In this document: positions 31,701 through 41,693 of the stretch, in pieces
Layout of the letters: every line of letters begins with the position of its first letter
How positions within the stretch are numbered: position 1 is the stretch's first letter
Assembly (NCBI GenBank): GCA_047284725.1
Contig: JBJBEO010000001.1
Span: 1 to 64,000, forward strand
DNA length: 64,000 bases
Source: Synechococcus sp.
GTDB taxonomy: Bacteria; Cyanobacteriota; Cyanobacteriia; PCC-6307; Cyanobiaceae
Direction: 5' to 3'
Notes under the pieces: model-generated
Database searches by the model: none
What the model was told of the DNA's origin: nothing
The model's input: the letters and a program-made list of their open reading frames with translations, nothing else
Translations under genes and position numbers: made by a program

Positions 31701-34460
31701 ATGCACGCGCGTCCCTTGTCTGATCTGGCCAAGACCTACGACCCGGTTGGTACGGAGGCCCGCTGGCAGCAGGCCTGGGAGGACCAGGGGGCGTTTCATC
31801 CCGACCCGAAGGCTCCTGGCGAACCGTTTTCGGTGGTGATCCCGCCACCGAACGTGACGGGCAGCCTGCACATGGGCCATGCCTTCAACACGGCCCTGAT
31901 CGACACGATCGTGCGCTACCAGCGCCTGGCGGGAAAGAACGTGCTCTGCCTGCCCGGCACCGACCACGCCTCGATCGCGGTGCAGACGATCCTCGAGAAG
32001 CAGCTGAAGGAGGAGGGCAAGACCCGCCACGACCTCGGCCGTGAGGCGTTCCTGGAGCGGGCCTGGCAGTGGAAGGCCGAAAGCGGCGGCCGGATCGTGG
32101 GTCAGCTGCGGCGGCTGGGTTATTCGGTGGATTGGAAGCGCCAGCGCTTCACCCTGGATGAGGGCCTGAGTGAGGCGGTGAAGGAGGCCTTCGTACGGCT
32201 GCACGAACAGGGGCTGATTTACCGCGGTGAGTACCTGGTGAACTGGTGCCCCGCTTCCGGTTCGGCGGTGAGCGATCTGGAGGTGGAGATGAAGGAGGTG
32301 GACGGCCACCTCTGGCATTTCCGTTATCCCCTCAGCAGCGGCGATGGCCACCTGGAGGTGGCCACCACCCGGCCGGAAACGATGTTGGGTGACACGGCGG
32401 TGGCGGTGAACCCCACTGACGAGCGCTATGCCCACCTGGTGGGCCAGACCCTCACCCTTCCCTTTGTGGAGCGGGAGATTCCGATCGTGGCCGACGACCA
32501 CGTGGAGAAGGAGTTCGGCACCGGCTGCGTCAAGGTGACGCCGGCCCACGACCCCAACGATTTCGCCATCGGCCAGCGCCACGGTCTGCCCCAGATCACG
32601 GTGATGCGCAAGAACGGAACGATGAACAAGGAGGCCGGTCAGTTCGAGGGGCTGGATCGCTTCGAGGCGCGAAAAGCCGTGGTGGCTGGCCTGGAGGAGC
32701 TGGGGCTGCTGGTGAAGGTGGAGGACTACCGCCACAGCGTTCCCTATTCCGATCGCGGCAAGGTGCCGGTGGAGCCTCTGCTCTCCACCCAATGGTTTGT
32801 CAAAACCGAGCCCCTGGCTGCTCGCTGTCGTGAGGCCCTCGAGAAGCAGGACCCCCGTTTCATCCCCGAGCGCTGGGAGAAGGTCTACCGCGACTGGCTC
32901 ACCGACATCCGCGATTGGTGCATCAGCCGCCAGCTGTGGTGGGGCCATCGCATCCCCGCCTGGTTCGTGATCAGCGAAACCGGCGGCAAGTACACCGACA
33001 CCACGCCCTACGTGGTGGCCCGCAACGAAGCCGAAGCCCTGGAGAAGGCCAAGGCGGAGTACGGCGCGGCGGCGGAGATCGAGCAGGACGAAGACGTGCT
33101 CGACACCTGGTTCTCCAGTGGCCTCTGGCCCTTCTCCACCCTGGGTTGGCCCGATGCCGATAGCGCCGACCTGCAGCGCTGGTACCCCACCAGCACCCTG
33201 GTGACGGGCTTCGACATCATCTTTTTCTGGGTGGCCCGGATGACGATGATGGCTGGCGCCTTCACCGGCGAGATGCCCTTCCAGGACGTCTACATCCACG
33301 GCCTGGTGCGGGATGAGCAGAACCGCAAGATGAGTAAGAGCGCTGGCAACGGCATCGATCCGCTGCTGTTGATCGACCGCTACGGCACCGATGCCCTGCG
33401 TTTCGCCCTGGTGCGGGAAGTGGCCGGTGCGGGTCAGGACATCCGCCTGGACTACGACCGCAAGAAGGACACCTCCGCCACGGTGGAGGCCTCGCGCAAC
33501 TTCGCCAACAAGCTCTGGAACGCCACCCGCTTCGCCCTGATGAACCTCGGCGGCGAAACGCCGGCTCAACTTGGGGACCCCGATTCCGCAGCCCTGCAGC
33601 TGGCGGACCGCTGGATCCTCTCCCGCCTGGCCCGGGTGAACCGGGAAACGGCTGAGCGCTACAGCCGCTACGGCCTCGGTGAAGCCGCCAAGGGCCTCTA
33701 TGAGTTCGCCTGGAATGACGTCTGCGACTGGTATCTGGAGCTGAGTAAGCGCCGGCTCAACCCAGGCGACAACCCCTCCGCCGAGGCCCTTGCTGATCAG
33801 CGGGTGGCCAAGCAGGTGCTGGCCAAGGTGATCAGCCAGATGCACCTGATGCTGCATCCCTTGATGCCCCACCTCACTGAGGAGCTCTGGCACAGCGTCA
33901 CCGGTGAGCCAGAGACCATCTTCCTGGCCCTGCAGCCCTGGCCGGCCCTGGATGAAAGCGCTCTGGATGATGCGTTGGAAGCCTCCTTCGCTGAGCTGAT
34001 CGGTGCCATCCGTGTGGTGCGCAACCTCCGGGCGGTGGCGGGCCTGAAGCCCTCCCAATCGGTACCGGTGCGTTTCGTCACCGGCCGCGGCGAGCTGGCG
34101 GCTGTGCTCACCCAGGGCACGGCTGACATCACGGCGCTGACGCGAGCCGAGTCGGTGGCGGTGATGGCGCCGGCGGAAGCTGATGCAGCTCCGGTGGCCA
34201 AGGCCCTGGCGGGGGTGAGCGGTGAGCTGCAGGTGCTGCTGCCGATCGAAGGGCTTGTGGATCTCGATGCGCTCAAGGGCCGCCTTGAGAAAGACATCGC
34301 CAAGGCCGAGAAGGAGATCAAGGGCCTGGCCGGTCGGCTGGGCAATCCCAACTTCGCGGACAAGGCACCGCCGGAGGTGGTGGCGGAATGCCAGGCCAAC
34401 CTGGATGAGAAGCAGGCTCAGGCCGATCTGGCTCGCAAGCGCCTGGCGGATCTGAGCTGA
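31701..34460 (+). CDS. valS: Valine--tRNA ligase
   Basis: [13 protein letters not shown] (HIGH), [17 protein letters not shown] and a C-terminal coiled coil. The true start may be TTG 31716. Confidence 0.99.
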   Translation: MHARPLSDLAKTYDPVGTEARWQQAWEDQGAFHPDPKAPGEPFSVVIPPPNVTGSLHMGHAFNTALIDTIVRYQRLAGKNVLCLPGTDHASIAVQTILEKQLKEEGKTRHDLGREAFLERAWQWKAESGGRIVGQLRRLGYSVDWKRQRFTLDEGLSEAVKEAFVRLHEQGLIYRGEYLVNWCPASGSAVSDLEVEMKEVDGHLWHFRYPLSSGDGHLEVATTRPETMLGDTAVAVNPTDERYAHLVGQTLTLPFVEREIPIVADDHVEKEFGTGCVKVTPAHDPNDFAIGQRHGLPQITVMRKNGTMNKEAGQFEGLDRFEARKAVVAGLEELGLLVKVEDYRHSVPYSDRGKVPVEPLLSTQWFVKTEPLAARCREALEKQDPRFIPERWEKVYRDWLTDIRDWCISRQLWWGHRIPAWFVISETGGKYTDTTPYVVARNEAEALEKAKAEYGAAAEIEQDEDVLDTWFSSGLWPFSTLGWPDADSADLQRWYPTSTLVTGFDIIFFWVARMTMMAGAFTGEMPFQDVYIHGLVRDEQNRKMSKSAGNGIDPLLLIDRYGTDALRFALVREVAGAGQDIRLDYDRKKDTSATVEASRNFANKLWNATRFALMNLGGETPAQLGDPDSAALQLADRWILSRLARVNRETAERYSRYGLGEAAKGLYEFAWNDVCDWYLELSKRRLNPGDNPSAEALADQRVAKQVLAKVISQMHLMLHPLMPHLTEELWHSVTGEPETIFLALQPWPALDESALDDALEASFAELIGAIRVVRNLRAVAGLKPSQSVPVRFVTGRGELAAVLTQGTADITALTRAESVAVMAPAEADAAPVAKALAGVSGELQVLLPIEGLVDLDALKGRLEKDIAKAEKEIKGLAGRLGNPNFADKAPPEVVAECQANLDEKQAQADLARKRLADLS

Positions 34461-34464
34461 GTTG

Positions 34465-35439
34465 GTGATTCAGGTTGAGGGGCTGAGTAAGACCTACCGG
34501 GTGGCCGAGAAGCAGCCTGGTTTGGCCGGCACCCTGCGCCATTTCGTCCGCCGCCGCACCAGGAATGTGACGGCGGTGCAGGACGTCTCCTTTCGGATTG
34601 AGCCCGGCGAGATGGTGGGTTTTCTGGGTGCCAACGGCGCCGGCAAGACCACAACTTTGAAGATGCTCTGCGGCCTGATCCATCCCAGCGCTGGGGAGGT
34701 GTTGGTGGCGGGTCACCGGCCGCAGTCCCGCCAGGCGGAGTTTCTGCGCCGGATCACCTTGGTGATGGGCCAGAAGCAGCAGTTGCTCTGGGACCTGCCG
34801 CCGATGGATTCGCTGCGCGTGAATGCGGCGGTGTACGGCATCCCCGATGGCGTGGCAAGGCGGCGAATCAGTGATCTGGCCGACCTGCTGGAGCTCGGGG
34901 AGGAACTCACACGGCCGGTGCGCAAGCTTTCCCTGGGTCAGAGAATGAAGGCCGAATTGCTGGCAGCGCTGCTGCACGAGCCGGAGGTGCTGTTTCTCGA
35001 TGAACCGACCCTGGGACTGGACGTGAATGCCCAGGCCCGGGTGCGGCAGTTTCTGGCGGAGTACAACCGCCGCACGGGAGCAACGGTGCTGCTTACTAGC
35101 CACTACATGGCTGACATCACGGCGCTCTGTCCCCGGGTGCTGCTGATCCACCGGGGGCGGTTGTTCCACGACGGTCCCCTTGAGGCGTTGGCGGATCAAT
35201 TGGCGCCGGAGCGGGAGGTGCGACTGGAACTGGAGTCTCCGGTGGAAGCGGATGCCTTGGCGGGGTTGGGGCGTCTGGAGCAGTTGGAGGGCTGTGATGT
35301 GCGTCTGTTGGTGCCTCGCGATCAGCTCACTGCTGTGGTGGCGCAGCTGTTGGATCGCTTCCCGGTGCGCGATCTGGATGTGACCGATCCACCGATCGAG
35401 GAACTGATCGGTGGGCTGTTCCGTCAGGGGCGCCTTTGA
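34465..35439 (+). CDS. ABC-2 type exporter ATP-binding protein
   Basis: GANGAGKT, LSLGQRMKAEL, LFLDEPTLGLD and TSHYM. Confidence 0.92.
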   Translation: MIQVEGLSKTYRVAEKQPGLAGTLRHFVRRRTRNVTAVQDVSFRIEPGEMVGFLGANGAGKTTTLKMLCGLIHPSAGEVLVAGHRPQSRQAEFLRRITLVMGQKQQLLWDLPPMDSLRVNAAVYGIPDGVARRRISDLADLLELGEELTRPVRKLSLGQRMKAELLAALLHEPEVLFLDEPTLGLDVNAQARVRQFLAEYNRRTGATVLLTSHYMADITALCPRVLLIHRGRLFHDGPLEALADQLAPEREVRLELESPVEADALAGLGRLEQLEGCDVRLLVPRDQLTAVVAQLLDRFPVRDLDVTDPPIEELIGGLFRQGRL

Positions 35440-36236
35440 TGCGGATCTTCGGGTTGAACCGTCGGATCATCCGCGTGTTGCTGGGTTCCCAGTACGCCCA
35501 CATGCTCGAGTACCGCGCCGAGATCGCCCTTTGGGCTCTTTCCGGGGTGCTGCCGTTCATCATGCTCAGCGTCTGGAGCGGCAGCGACGCGCGTTCGGGG
35601 CTGGGGCTGGATGGTGTGGCCCTGGATCGCTATTTCCTCAGCGCCTTTCTGGTGCGCCAGTTCTCGGTGGTGTGGGTGGTCTATGCCTTCGAGGAAGACG
35701 CTCTGCTCGGCCGGCTCTCGCCCTATCTGCTGCAACCGTTGCACCCGCTCTGGCGTTATGTGGCGGCCCACCTCGGTGAGCAGCTCACCCGTCTTCCCTT
35801 CGCGGCTCTGATTGCGGCGGTGTTCTTGGCGGTGCAGCCCCAGGCTTTCTGGTTGCCCTCCTTGGGCGGGTTTCTGTTGGCCTGGCTGGCCACCTGGCTG
35901 GCGTTTGCCATCGCTTTTCTGTTTCAGAGCATGATCGCGGCCTTGTGCTTCTGGAGTGAGAAGGCCAGCGCTCTGGAACGGCTCCAGTTCATCCCATTCG
36001 TGTTTCTTTCCGGCTTATTGGCCCCCCTCACCGCCTTCCCTCCGGCGGTGCGGGCTTGGGCCCAGTGGACGCCCTTCCCCTACCTGATTGATTTTCCGGC
36101 GCGGGTGCTGGCGGGGCTACCGGTGGACTTGATGAAGGGTTTTGGGGCGCAACTGGTCTGGATTGCCGTTTTGTTGCCCCTGGTGCTCCTGCTCTGGCGG
36201 GCCGGCGTGCGGCGCTACAGCGCCATGGGGGCCTGA
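35436..36236 (+). CDS. ABC-2 family permease (DUF990-like)
   Basis: Multi-TM; MLEYRAE, GRLSPYLLQP and LSGLLAPLTAFP. Coupled to the ATPase. Confidence 0.87.
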   Translation: MMRIFGLNRRIIRVLLGSQYAHMLEYRAEIALWALSGVLPFIMLSVWSGSDARSGLGLDGVALDRYFLSAFLVRQFSVVWVVYAFEEDALLGRLSPYLLQPLHPLWRYVAAHLGEQLTRLPFAALIAAVFLAVQPQAFWLPSLGGFLLAWLATWLAFAIAFLFQSMIAALCFWSEKASALERLQFIPFVFLSGLLAPLTAFPPAVRAWAQWTPFPYLIDFPARVLAGLPVDLMKGFGAQLVWIAVLLPLVLLLWRAGVRRYSAMGA

Positions 36237-37024
36237 TGGGGCGGTACTGGCGAACCCTCCGTCGCTTCTGGGGCACGGCCGTGGCGGTGCAGCTGGAGTA
36301 CCAGGCCAATGTGTTGATCGAGCTGCTGGCGGTGGCGATGAGCCTCAGCGGCAGCCTGTTTCTGCTCTCGTTGTTCTATGGCCCTGATCAGACGTTGGGG
36401 GGCTGGAGTTGGGCCCAGGCCCTGATGGTGCAGGGGCTCTACACCGTGTTCGATGGCATGGCCAGCACCTGGTTGCGTCCGAACCTTGGGGCGATCGTTA
36501 CCCATGTGCGCGAGGGCACCCTGGATTTCGTGCTGCTCAAGCCGATCGACAGTCAGTTCTGGCTCTCGTTGCGAACGCTGTCGCCAGCGGGGTTGCCGGA
36601 AATCGGCCTCGGGTTCACGTTGCTGCTTTGGGGCGCTGCTCAGGCTGATGTGGCGCTCACCTGGCCGGCATGGCTCACCATGTTGGTGATGCTTATGGCC
36701 GGTGCTTTGATCCTTTATGCGCTCTGGTTTCTGATTGCCGCCACCAGCATCTGGTTTGTGAAGACCTGGAATGCAACCGAGGTGCTGCGCACCCTGCTGG
36801 CTTCAGGTCGCTATCCCCTGGACGCTTATCCGGCTCCTCTGCGTCTGCTGTTCACGCTGGTTCTTCCCGTCGCGTTCCTGACCACGGTGCCGGCCGAAGC
36901 ATTATTGGGCAGGTCTCATGCGCCGATCCTGTGCCTCGGTATCGGCTTGGCCACTGGCTTTTTTGCGCTGGCCCGATCCTTCTGGCTGTATGCGCTGCGG
37001 TTCTACACATCCGCTTCGAGCTGA
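36236..37024 (+). CDS. ABC-2 family permease (DUF990-like)
   Basis: LEYQAN, GTLDFVLLKPIDSQF, GRYPLDAYP and YTSASS. Confidence 0.87.
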   Translation: MGRYWRTLRRFWGTAVAVQLEYQANVLIELLAVAMSLSGSLFLLSLFYGPDQTLGGWSWAQALMVQGLYTVFDGMASTWLRPNLGAIVTHVREGTLDFVLLKPIDSQFWLSLRTLSPAGLPEIGLGFTLLLWGAAQADVALTWPAWLTMLVMLMAGALILYALWFLIAATSIWFVKTWNATEVLRTLLASGRYPLDAYPAPLRLLFTLVLPVAFLTTVPAEALLGRSHAPILCLGIGLATGFFALARSFWLYALRFYTSASS

Positions 37025-37064
37025 TGCTGCTTGGCGTGATCCCCGCTTGTGAATGGCATCCCAC

Positions 37065-38072
37065 TCAGGAAGCGTTTTCGAAGTAGAGCGTCTGAGTGGG
37101 GTAGGCAAAATCAATCCCCTTCTCTTCAAAGCGTCTCAGGATGTCCAGATTGATCCGCTGTTGCGTATCCATTGCGGTTCCATAATCCTGGGTGTCGATG
37201 TGATAAACGAGTTCCAGATCCAGACTGCTTGCTCCGAACTCAACGAAGTGACATCGTTCAAAACGTGCGTGGCTTGTGCCATCAATCACGTGTTGAATCA
37301 ACTCTGGAATTCTTGCAAGCGTGTCGTGGCTGGTCTGATAGGTGACGCCGAGTCGGTAAATCATGCGGCGTTCTTTCATTTCTGCAAAGTTAGAAATCGT
37401 CGAGGTGGTCAGAAAAGAATTGTTCATCACAATCGTCTCTCCCCGCAGGCTTCTCAGCCGTGAAGACCGTACGCCAACTTTTTCAACTGTTGCCCAGACG
37501 TCGCCGACATTGATGAACTGACCAACGGAAAATGGTTTGTCGATCAGAATCATCAGATAAGCAAACAGTTCCTGGGCCGGCTCCTTGAGGGCCAGGCCGA
37601 TGCCGATGCCGCCTGCGCTCAACACTGCCCAGACAGCCGCCATCGGGAATCCGAGTGACTGAAGGCAGGTCAGGATTGCAATGGTCCAGATCGCGGCTCT
37701 GATCAGAGGCGTGATCGATGTGATTAAGGTGTCGAGCCCGTCTTTTGCATTTCTCCTGGCGAAGATCTCCAGGCTGCGCAGCAGAATGCTGTTGAAGATC
37801 CTGACGAGGATGATCAGCGTTGAGAATCGAAGCAGGATTCTCCAGGTCTGCAGCAGGTTCGCCTCAAGAGATAAGTTGTCCTGAAGCAGGAACAGCGTGA
37901 AAAGTATTCCGAGCGGGATGACATATTTGGAGAGTCGTCTGACGACGAAGTCGTCAAATGTGCTCTTGCTTCTGGAGGTCAGTTTGGGAAGCAAGCCGCG
38001 AATGAAAAAGGCCAGGATCGCTGTGACGGCAATGCCAACGATGAGATCGGTGATCCATCCTTCCATTGTCAA
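37065..38072 (-). CDS. Small-conductance mechanosensitive channel (MscS family)
   Basis: GIGIGLALK, LIDKPFSVGQFI, VEKVGVRSSRLRSLRGE, FGASSLD and GIDFAYPTQ. Confidence 0.92.
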   Translation of the reverse strand: MTMEGWITDLIVGIAVTAILAFFIRGLLPKLTSRSKSTFDDFVVRRLSKYVIPLGILFTLFLLQDNLSLEANLLQTWRILLRFSTLIILVRIFNSILLRSLEIFARRNAKDGLDTLITSITPLIRAAIWTIAILTCLQSLGFPMAAVWAVLSAGGIGIGLALKEPAQELFAYLMILIDKPFSVGQFINVGDVWATVEKVGVRSSRLRSLRGETIVMNNSFLTTSTISNFAEMKERRMIYRLGVTYQTSHDTLARIPELIQHVIDGTSHARFERCHFVEFGASSLDLELVYHIDTQDYGTAMDTQQRINLDILRRFEEKGIDFAYPTQTLYFENAS

Positions 38073-38142
38073 CCTGACCCGTGTCGGAGGCAGATGATAC
38101 CGGGCTCAATGCCTTCTCTGACCAGTGGCGATCGTCTTTTGC

Positions 38143-39504
38143 TTATGGCCTTTGGGTGTTGCCGTTGTCGGGCGTTTCCGGCAGGTGCTCCTGTGCCTGC
38201 TCATCGGCCTCTTTGTCGTTGGGTGGCAGGCTTTGCTCTGCTGAAGGGGGCCAGCGCATCGGATACACCTGTCGCTGTGGAAACGGAATGGTGATTCCCT
38301 CCTGTTCGAATCGTTTCCAGATCGCCTGACGCAAGGCGCTGGCAACGCTGAAGGATTGCAGGGGATTGCCGACCCAAAACAGCAGCCTGTAGTTCACAGA
38401 CGAATCCGCGAACTCAGTTACGAAGCCCTGGGGAGGGGGATAGGTGAGCACCAGGTTGTGGGCGATGGCGACGGACTCCAGCAAAGCCACCACCCGTTCG
38501 GGGTCATGGTGATAGGCCGCACTCACATCGACTTTGTCGCGACGAGAGGTTTCCGTTGCCGTGAAGGAAGTGGCCTCCTCGGTGAAAAAGATCTGATTCG
38601 GGATCAGCAGTTCGGCCCCGTCCCGACCACGGCGTAGCTGGGTGGCCCGCAGTCCAAGCTTGTGCACTGTGCAGGGATCGCCGTTGATCATCAGGATTTC
38701 TCCTGGCCGTACGGAGCCTTCAAACAGCAGCCAGATGCTGCTGATGAAGTTGGAGATGATTTCCTTGGTGCCGAAGCCGATGCCCACCGACAGCCCCCCG
38801 GCGATGGCAATGAACGCGGTGCCGTCGATGCCCACGTAATAGGCCACAGCCAGCAAGCCCACGCCGATCACGCTGTAGCGGAACAACAATTCCATGCCTT
38901 TGCGGTTCTGCTCTTTCACCCCGAAGATCTGACCGCTCAACCAGGCCATGAATGCCGCTGGTCGCGACGCCACGGTGAGGATGACGTACACGGCAATGAT
39001 CGCGGTGTAGATCTTGCCAAGGCTCAATTCCACATTGAACAGATAAGCCACAGGGATCCGGGCCAAATTCTCCAGACTGCCCATCAGCCGGATGAAGGAG
39101 AGCGTGGCCAGGATCACGTAAACGGGTTTGAGGAATGTGCTTTGCAGCTCATCCACTGGAAAGGTGTTGTTGAAGTGGAGGAGCAGCGTTCTCAGCGGTG
39201 TGAATAGATTCCAGCCCAGCCAGAGCAGGCCGAAGTAGTGGATCAGTCCGCCGGGCACTTGCAGGAGTGAGAACGCTGCGCTGATCAGCAGCAGCAGCAA
39301 CGGCCCGATCAGGATTTGCAGGTTCGGTCGGTTGCGCAGCGGCGCCTGGTGCAGTCGTTTCCATCTCCGGATCAACAACGGCACGCCGATCACCACGGCC
39401 AGTTGCAGCAGCACCACGCTCCTTTGCAGGTACACCAGCCAGCTGAGTAGTTCTTCGACAACGGCTTCAGGGGCAACCGTGCTGAGTAACGGAATCAAGG
39501 TCAT
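38143..39504 (-). CDS. Mechanosensitive channel (MscS family) with an extended N-terminal TM region
   Basis: GGLSVGIGFGTKEIISNFIS, VRPGE, LGLRAT, LIPN, FADSSVNY and GITIPFPQR. Confidence 0.92.
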   Translation of the reverse strand: MTLIPLLSTVAPEAVVEELLSWLVYLQRSVVLLQLAVVIGVPLLIRRWKRLHQAPLRNRPNLQILIGPLLLLLISAAFSLLQVPGGLIHYFGLLWLGWNLFTPLRTLLLHFNNTFPVDELQSTFLKPVYVILATLSFIRLMGSLENLARIPVAYLFNVELSLGKIYTAIIAVYVILTVASRPAAFMAWLSGQIFGVKEQNRKGMELLFRYSVIGVGLLAVAYYVGIDGTAFIAIAGGLSVGIGFGTKEIISNFISSIWLLFEGSVRPGEILMINGDPCTVHKLGLRATQLRRGRDGAELLIPNQIFFTEEATSFTATETSRRDKVDVSAAYHHDPERVVALLESVAIAHNLVLTYPPPQGFVTEFADSSVNYRLLFWVGNPLQSFSVASALRQAIWKRFEQEGITIPFPQRQVYPMRWPPSAEQSLPPNDKEADEQAQEHLPETPDNGNTQRP

Positions 39505-40766
39505 GGTTGTTCCTCGCGCAGGCTTGTCTGGAGAGCTTCGGCGGCTTCTGTGCTGGTGCTTGTGCCAAACACCACGCTGTTGAGGATGCTGTTGACCTGT
39601 TTCATCTGCTCGGGTTTGGCGCCTAGGGCGGCGAGCAGGGCATTGGCATGGCGGGTGCTGGGCTTGTCGGTGAGCCCGAGCTCAACGCTGTCGTTGCTGA
39701 TGAAATGCTCACCAGCGAGTTGCCTCTGCACGATCGGTGCCACCTGGGGGTTGATCGGAAAGGAGGTGCGGTATTTGAGCGCCATGGTTTTTTGGGCCCA
39801 GGGCTCCACCATGAACTGAAGCAGTGCAATGCTCTCGCGCCGTTGACGGGCGCTCGAGTTCCGGCCCAGGCTCCAGACCTGGAGCCTGGTGATCGGTGTG
39901 GCCTGGCCGATGGGTCCGCTGGGCAGGGTTGTGATCCCTAGGTGTTCCTTCAGCTCAGCCCTCAGCTGCGGCAGTTGGGAACTCCAGCAGGTGATCCAGT
40001 CGAGTTTCCCCTGGATGAACTGGCTCCTCAACCCCATTTGGTCGTTGAGAAACAACACGTTCTGCTGGAAACTCGCCGATCGCATCCAATCCAGCCATGC
40101 CAGCAGGCGCCGACTGTCTGCTGCGCTTGTCGCCTGTTGATCGAGCGACGTCTGCAGGGCCGATGTGGCTGCGAAGCCCCCCAGGGTCCAGTACAGATCT
40201 TCGAGATGCATGGCGAAGCCGAACACCTTGCCCTGGCTGCTGGCTGTCTCCAGCGCCTTGAGCGTTTTGGGGGGCGTCGGAAGGCGTCGTTTGTCGTAGC
40301 AGGCCAGTTGCACGTACTGGCTCATGGGGATGCCGGCGATCACCCCTCCGGGCGTTGTCACCCGCTCAAGCGCGATCGGTGAAATCTGAGCTTTCTGCTT
40401 CGGCGTCAGTGTGACTGGCTCGGTGAGCGTCTGATCCAGCAGCGCAAGGGCATTGGTTCCGTTGGTGATGATCAGATCTGGACCGAGTCCACTGCCTGTT
40501 TGCCGTCTGATTTCCTTGATCAGATTGGCTTGCGAGATGCTGGTGGGGTAAAGACGCAAGCCAGGATCAAAGTCCTGCAGCAGGGTCGCCACTTCTTTCA
40601 CCACGTGCCGGTCGCGCATGGATTCCTCCATGTTCAGCTCGCCCGGATCAGTGGTGCTTTTGGCCACGCGCAGAACCCGTGGTAGCCCCGGGTTGCAGCC
40701 ACTCACCATCCCTGCCAGGAGTGCCAGCAGAGCTACGCGCGTCCAGATGGAAGGGTGGGCAGCCAT
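39501..40766 (-). CDS. Extracellular solute-binding lipoprotein (family 1, MalE-like, divergent)
   Basis: Lipobox VSG-C after a hydrophobic stretch; GLGPDLII, GIPMSQYVQLACYDK, PPKTL and GITTLPSGP. Stop overlaps the MscS start (ATGA). Confidence 0.8.
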   Translation of the reverse strand: MAAHPSIWTRVALLALLAGMVSGCNPGLPRVLRVAKSTTDPGELNMEESMRDRHVVKEVATLLQDFDPGLRLYPTSISQANLIKEIRRQTGSGLGPDLIITNGTNALALLDQTLTEPVTLTPKQKAQISPIALERVTTPGGVIAGIPMSQYVQLACYDKRRLPTPPKTLKALETASSQGKVFGFAMHLEDLYWTLGGFAATSALQTSLDQQATSAADSRRLLAWLDWMRSASFQQNVLFLNDQMGLRSQFIQGKLDWITCWSSQLPQLRAELKEHLGITTLPSGPIGQATPITRLQVWSLGRNSSARQRRESIALLQFMVEPWAQKTMALKYRTSFPINPQVAPIVQRQLAGEHFISNDSVELGLTDKPSTRHANALLAALGAKPEQMKQVNSILNSVVFGTSTSTEAAEALQTSLREEQP

Positions 40767-40884
40767 GGGGGCCAGTGGCTGGTGTCGGTCTGCAGTGTTG
40801 CCAGGTCTGGCCCTTGTGGCATGAACTGGTCAGAAAGCTTGCCCTTTTTGGATCAAGGTCTGGGTTGGTCCCAGATCGGTCAAC

Positions 40885-41538
40885 ATGGCGGCGGCTGTAC
40901 GTGCTGGTTCCTTGGCTGAGGTCTCGTCATCGCTGATGCCATGGCTGGATGCCTTGCGCAGCCCGTTGGGGGCCTTGCTGTTTATCCCGCTCTACGCCGT
41001 GTGGGTGACGTTGCTGCTGCCGGGCGTCTGGGCTTCGATGCTGGCAGGTGTGCTCTACGGCACCTGGTGGGGTAGCGGTGTGGTGTTCGTCGGCGCCTGC
41101 CTTGGGGCTGAAGTGGTGTTTCTGCTGGGTCGCCACTGGTTGCGAGGCTGGGCGCAGGCCCGTCTGGCCCGATTCCCGAGTCTTCAGGCCGTGGAGCGAG
41201 GCGTGAGCCGTGAGGGGCTGAAGCTCGTTCTGCTCACCCGACTCTCGCCAGCCTTCCCTTTTTCCCTGTTGAATCTCGCCTATGGCCTCAGTGAAGTGTC
41301 GCTGCGGGATTACAGCCTCGGTTTGCTGGGAATTCTTCCTGGCACCGTTCTTTTTTGTGCGCTCGGGGCTCTGGCGGGTGATGTGGCACGGTTTGGTGAT
41401 GTGCTGGCTGGAGAAGCCTCACCGGGTGCCTGGGCTCTGCGGTTGGTGGGGGTGATCGCCACGATCGGGGCGGTGTGGCTGGTGGGTCGATCGGCTCGGC
41501 GTGTGTTGGAGAACGAAGCGGCCAAGGCTCAGGATTGA
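40885..41538 (+). CDS. TVP38/TMEM64 (DedA/VTT domain) membrane protein
   Basis: LLLPGVWASMLAGVLYG, FLLGR and LLTRLSPAFPFSLLNLAYG. The start could be ATG 40936. Confidence 0.9.
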   Translation: MAAAVRAGSLAEVSSSLMPWLDALRSPLGALLFIPLYAVWVTLLLPGVWASMLAGVLYGTWWGSGVVFVGACLGAEVVFLLGRHWLRGWAQARLARFPSLQAVERGVSREGLKLVLLTRLSPAFPFSLLNLAYGLSEVSLRDYSLGLLGILPGTVLFCALGALAGDVARFGDVLAGEASPGAWALRLVGVIATIGAVWLVGRSARRVLENEAAKAQD

Positions 41539-41693
41539 TCCGGTGCCCTCAGGCGTGCATCGCGGATTGCGGCGATCAACACAAACCAAAGCAGGCGAAG
41601 CTTGGCGATCGTTCCGGGCCGCCTCGCGAGCTCGGCATACTTTGCGCGGCCGCAGTCAGTTTTGATCCAGCGATGGATGGGCTGCTCAGTCAT
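41529..41693 (-). CDS. 54-aa small protein (not in the ORF track)
   Basis: Manual translation MTEQPIHRWIKTDCGRAKYAELARRPGTIAKLRLLWFVLIAAIRDARLRAPDQS*; its ATG overlaps the DUF389 stop (ATGA). Confidence 0.7.
   Translation of the reverse strand: MTEQPIHRWIKTDCGRAKYAELARRPGTIAKLRLLWFVLIAAIRDARLRAPDQS

Noticed and set aside
31647..34058. 803-aa ORF antisense to valS (and similar long antisense ORFs over mnmG/dnaB, gcvP, aspS and pyrG)
   Set aside because: Shadow frames caused by high GC3 in well-identified genes; no recognisable motifs.
31701..36600. Very high GC3 in valS and the ABC-2 genes (also aspS) as a sign of homologous replacement from another strain
   Set aside because: Cannot be separated from expression-related codon bias by eye; needs phylogenetic incongruence tests.
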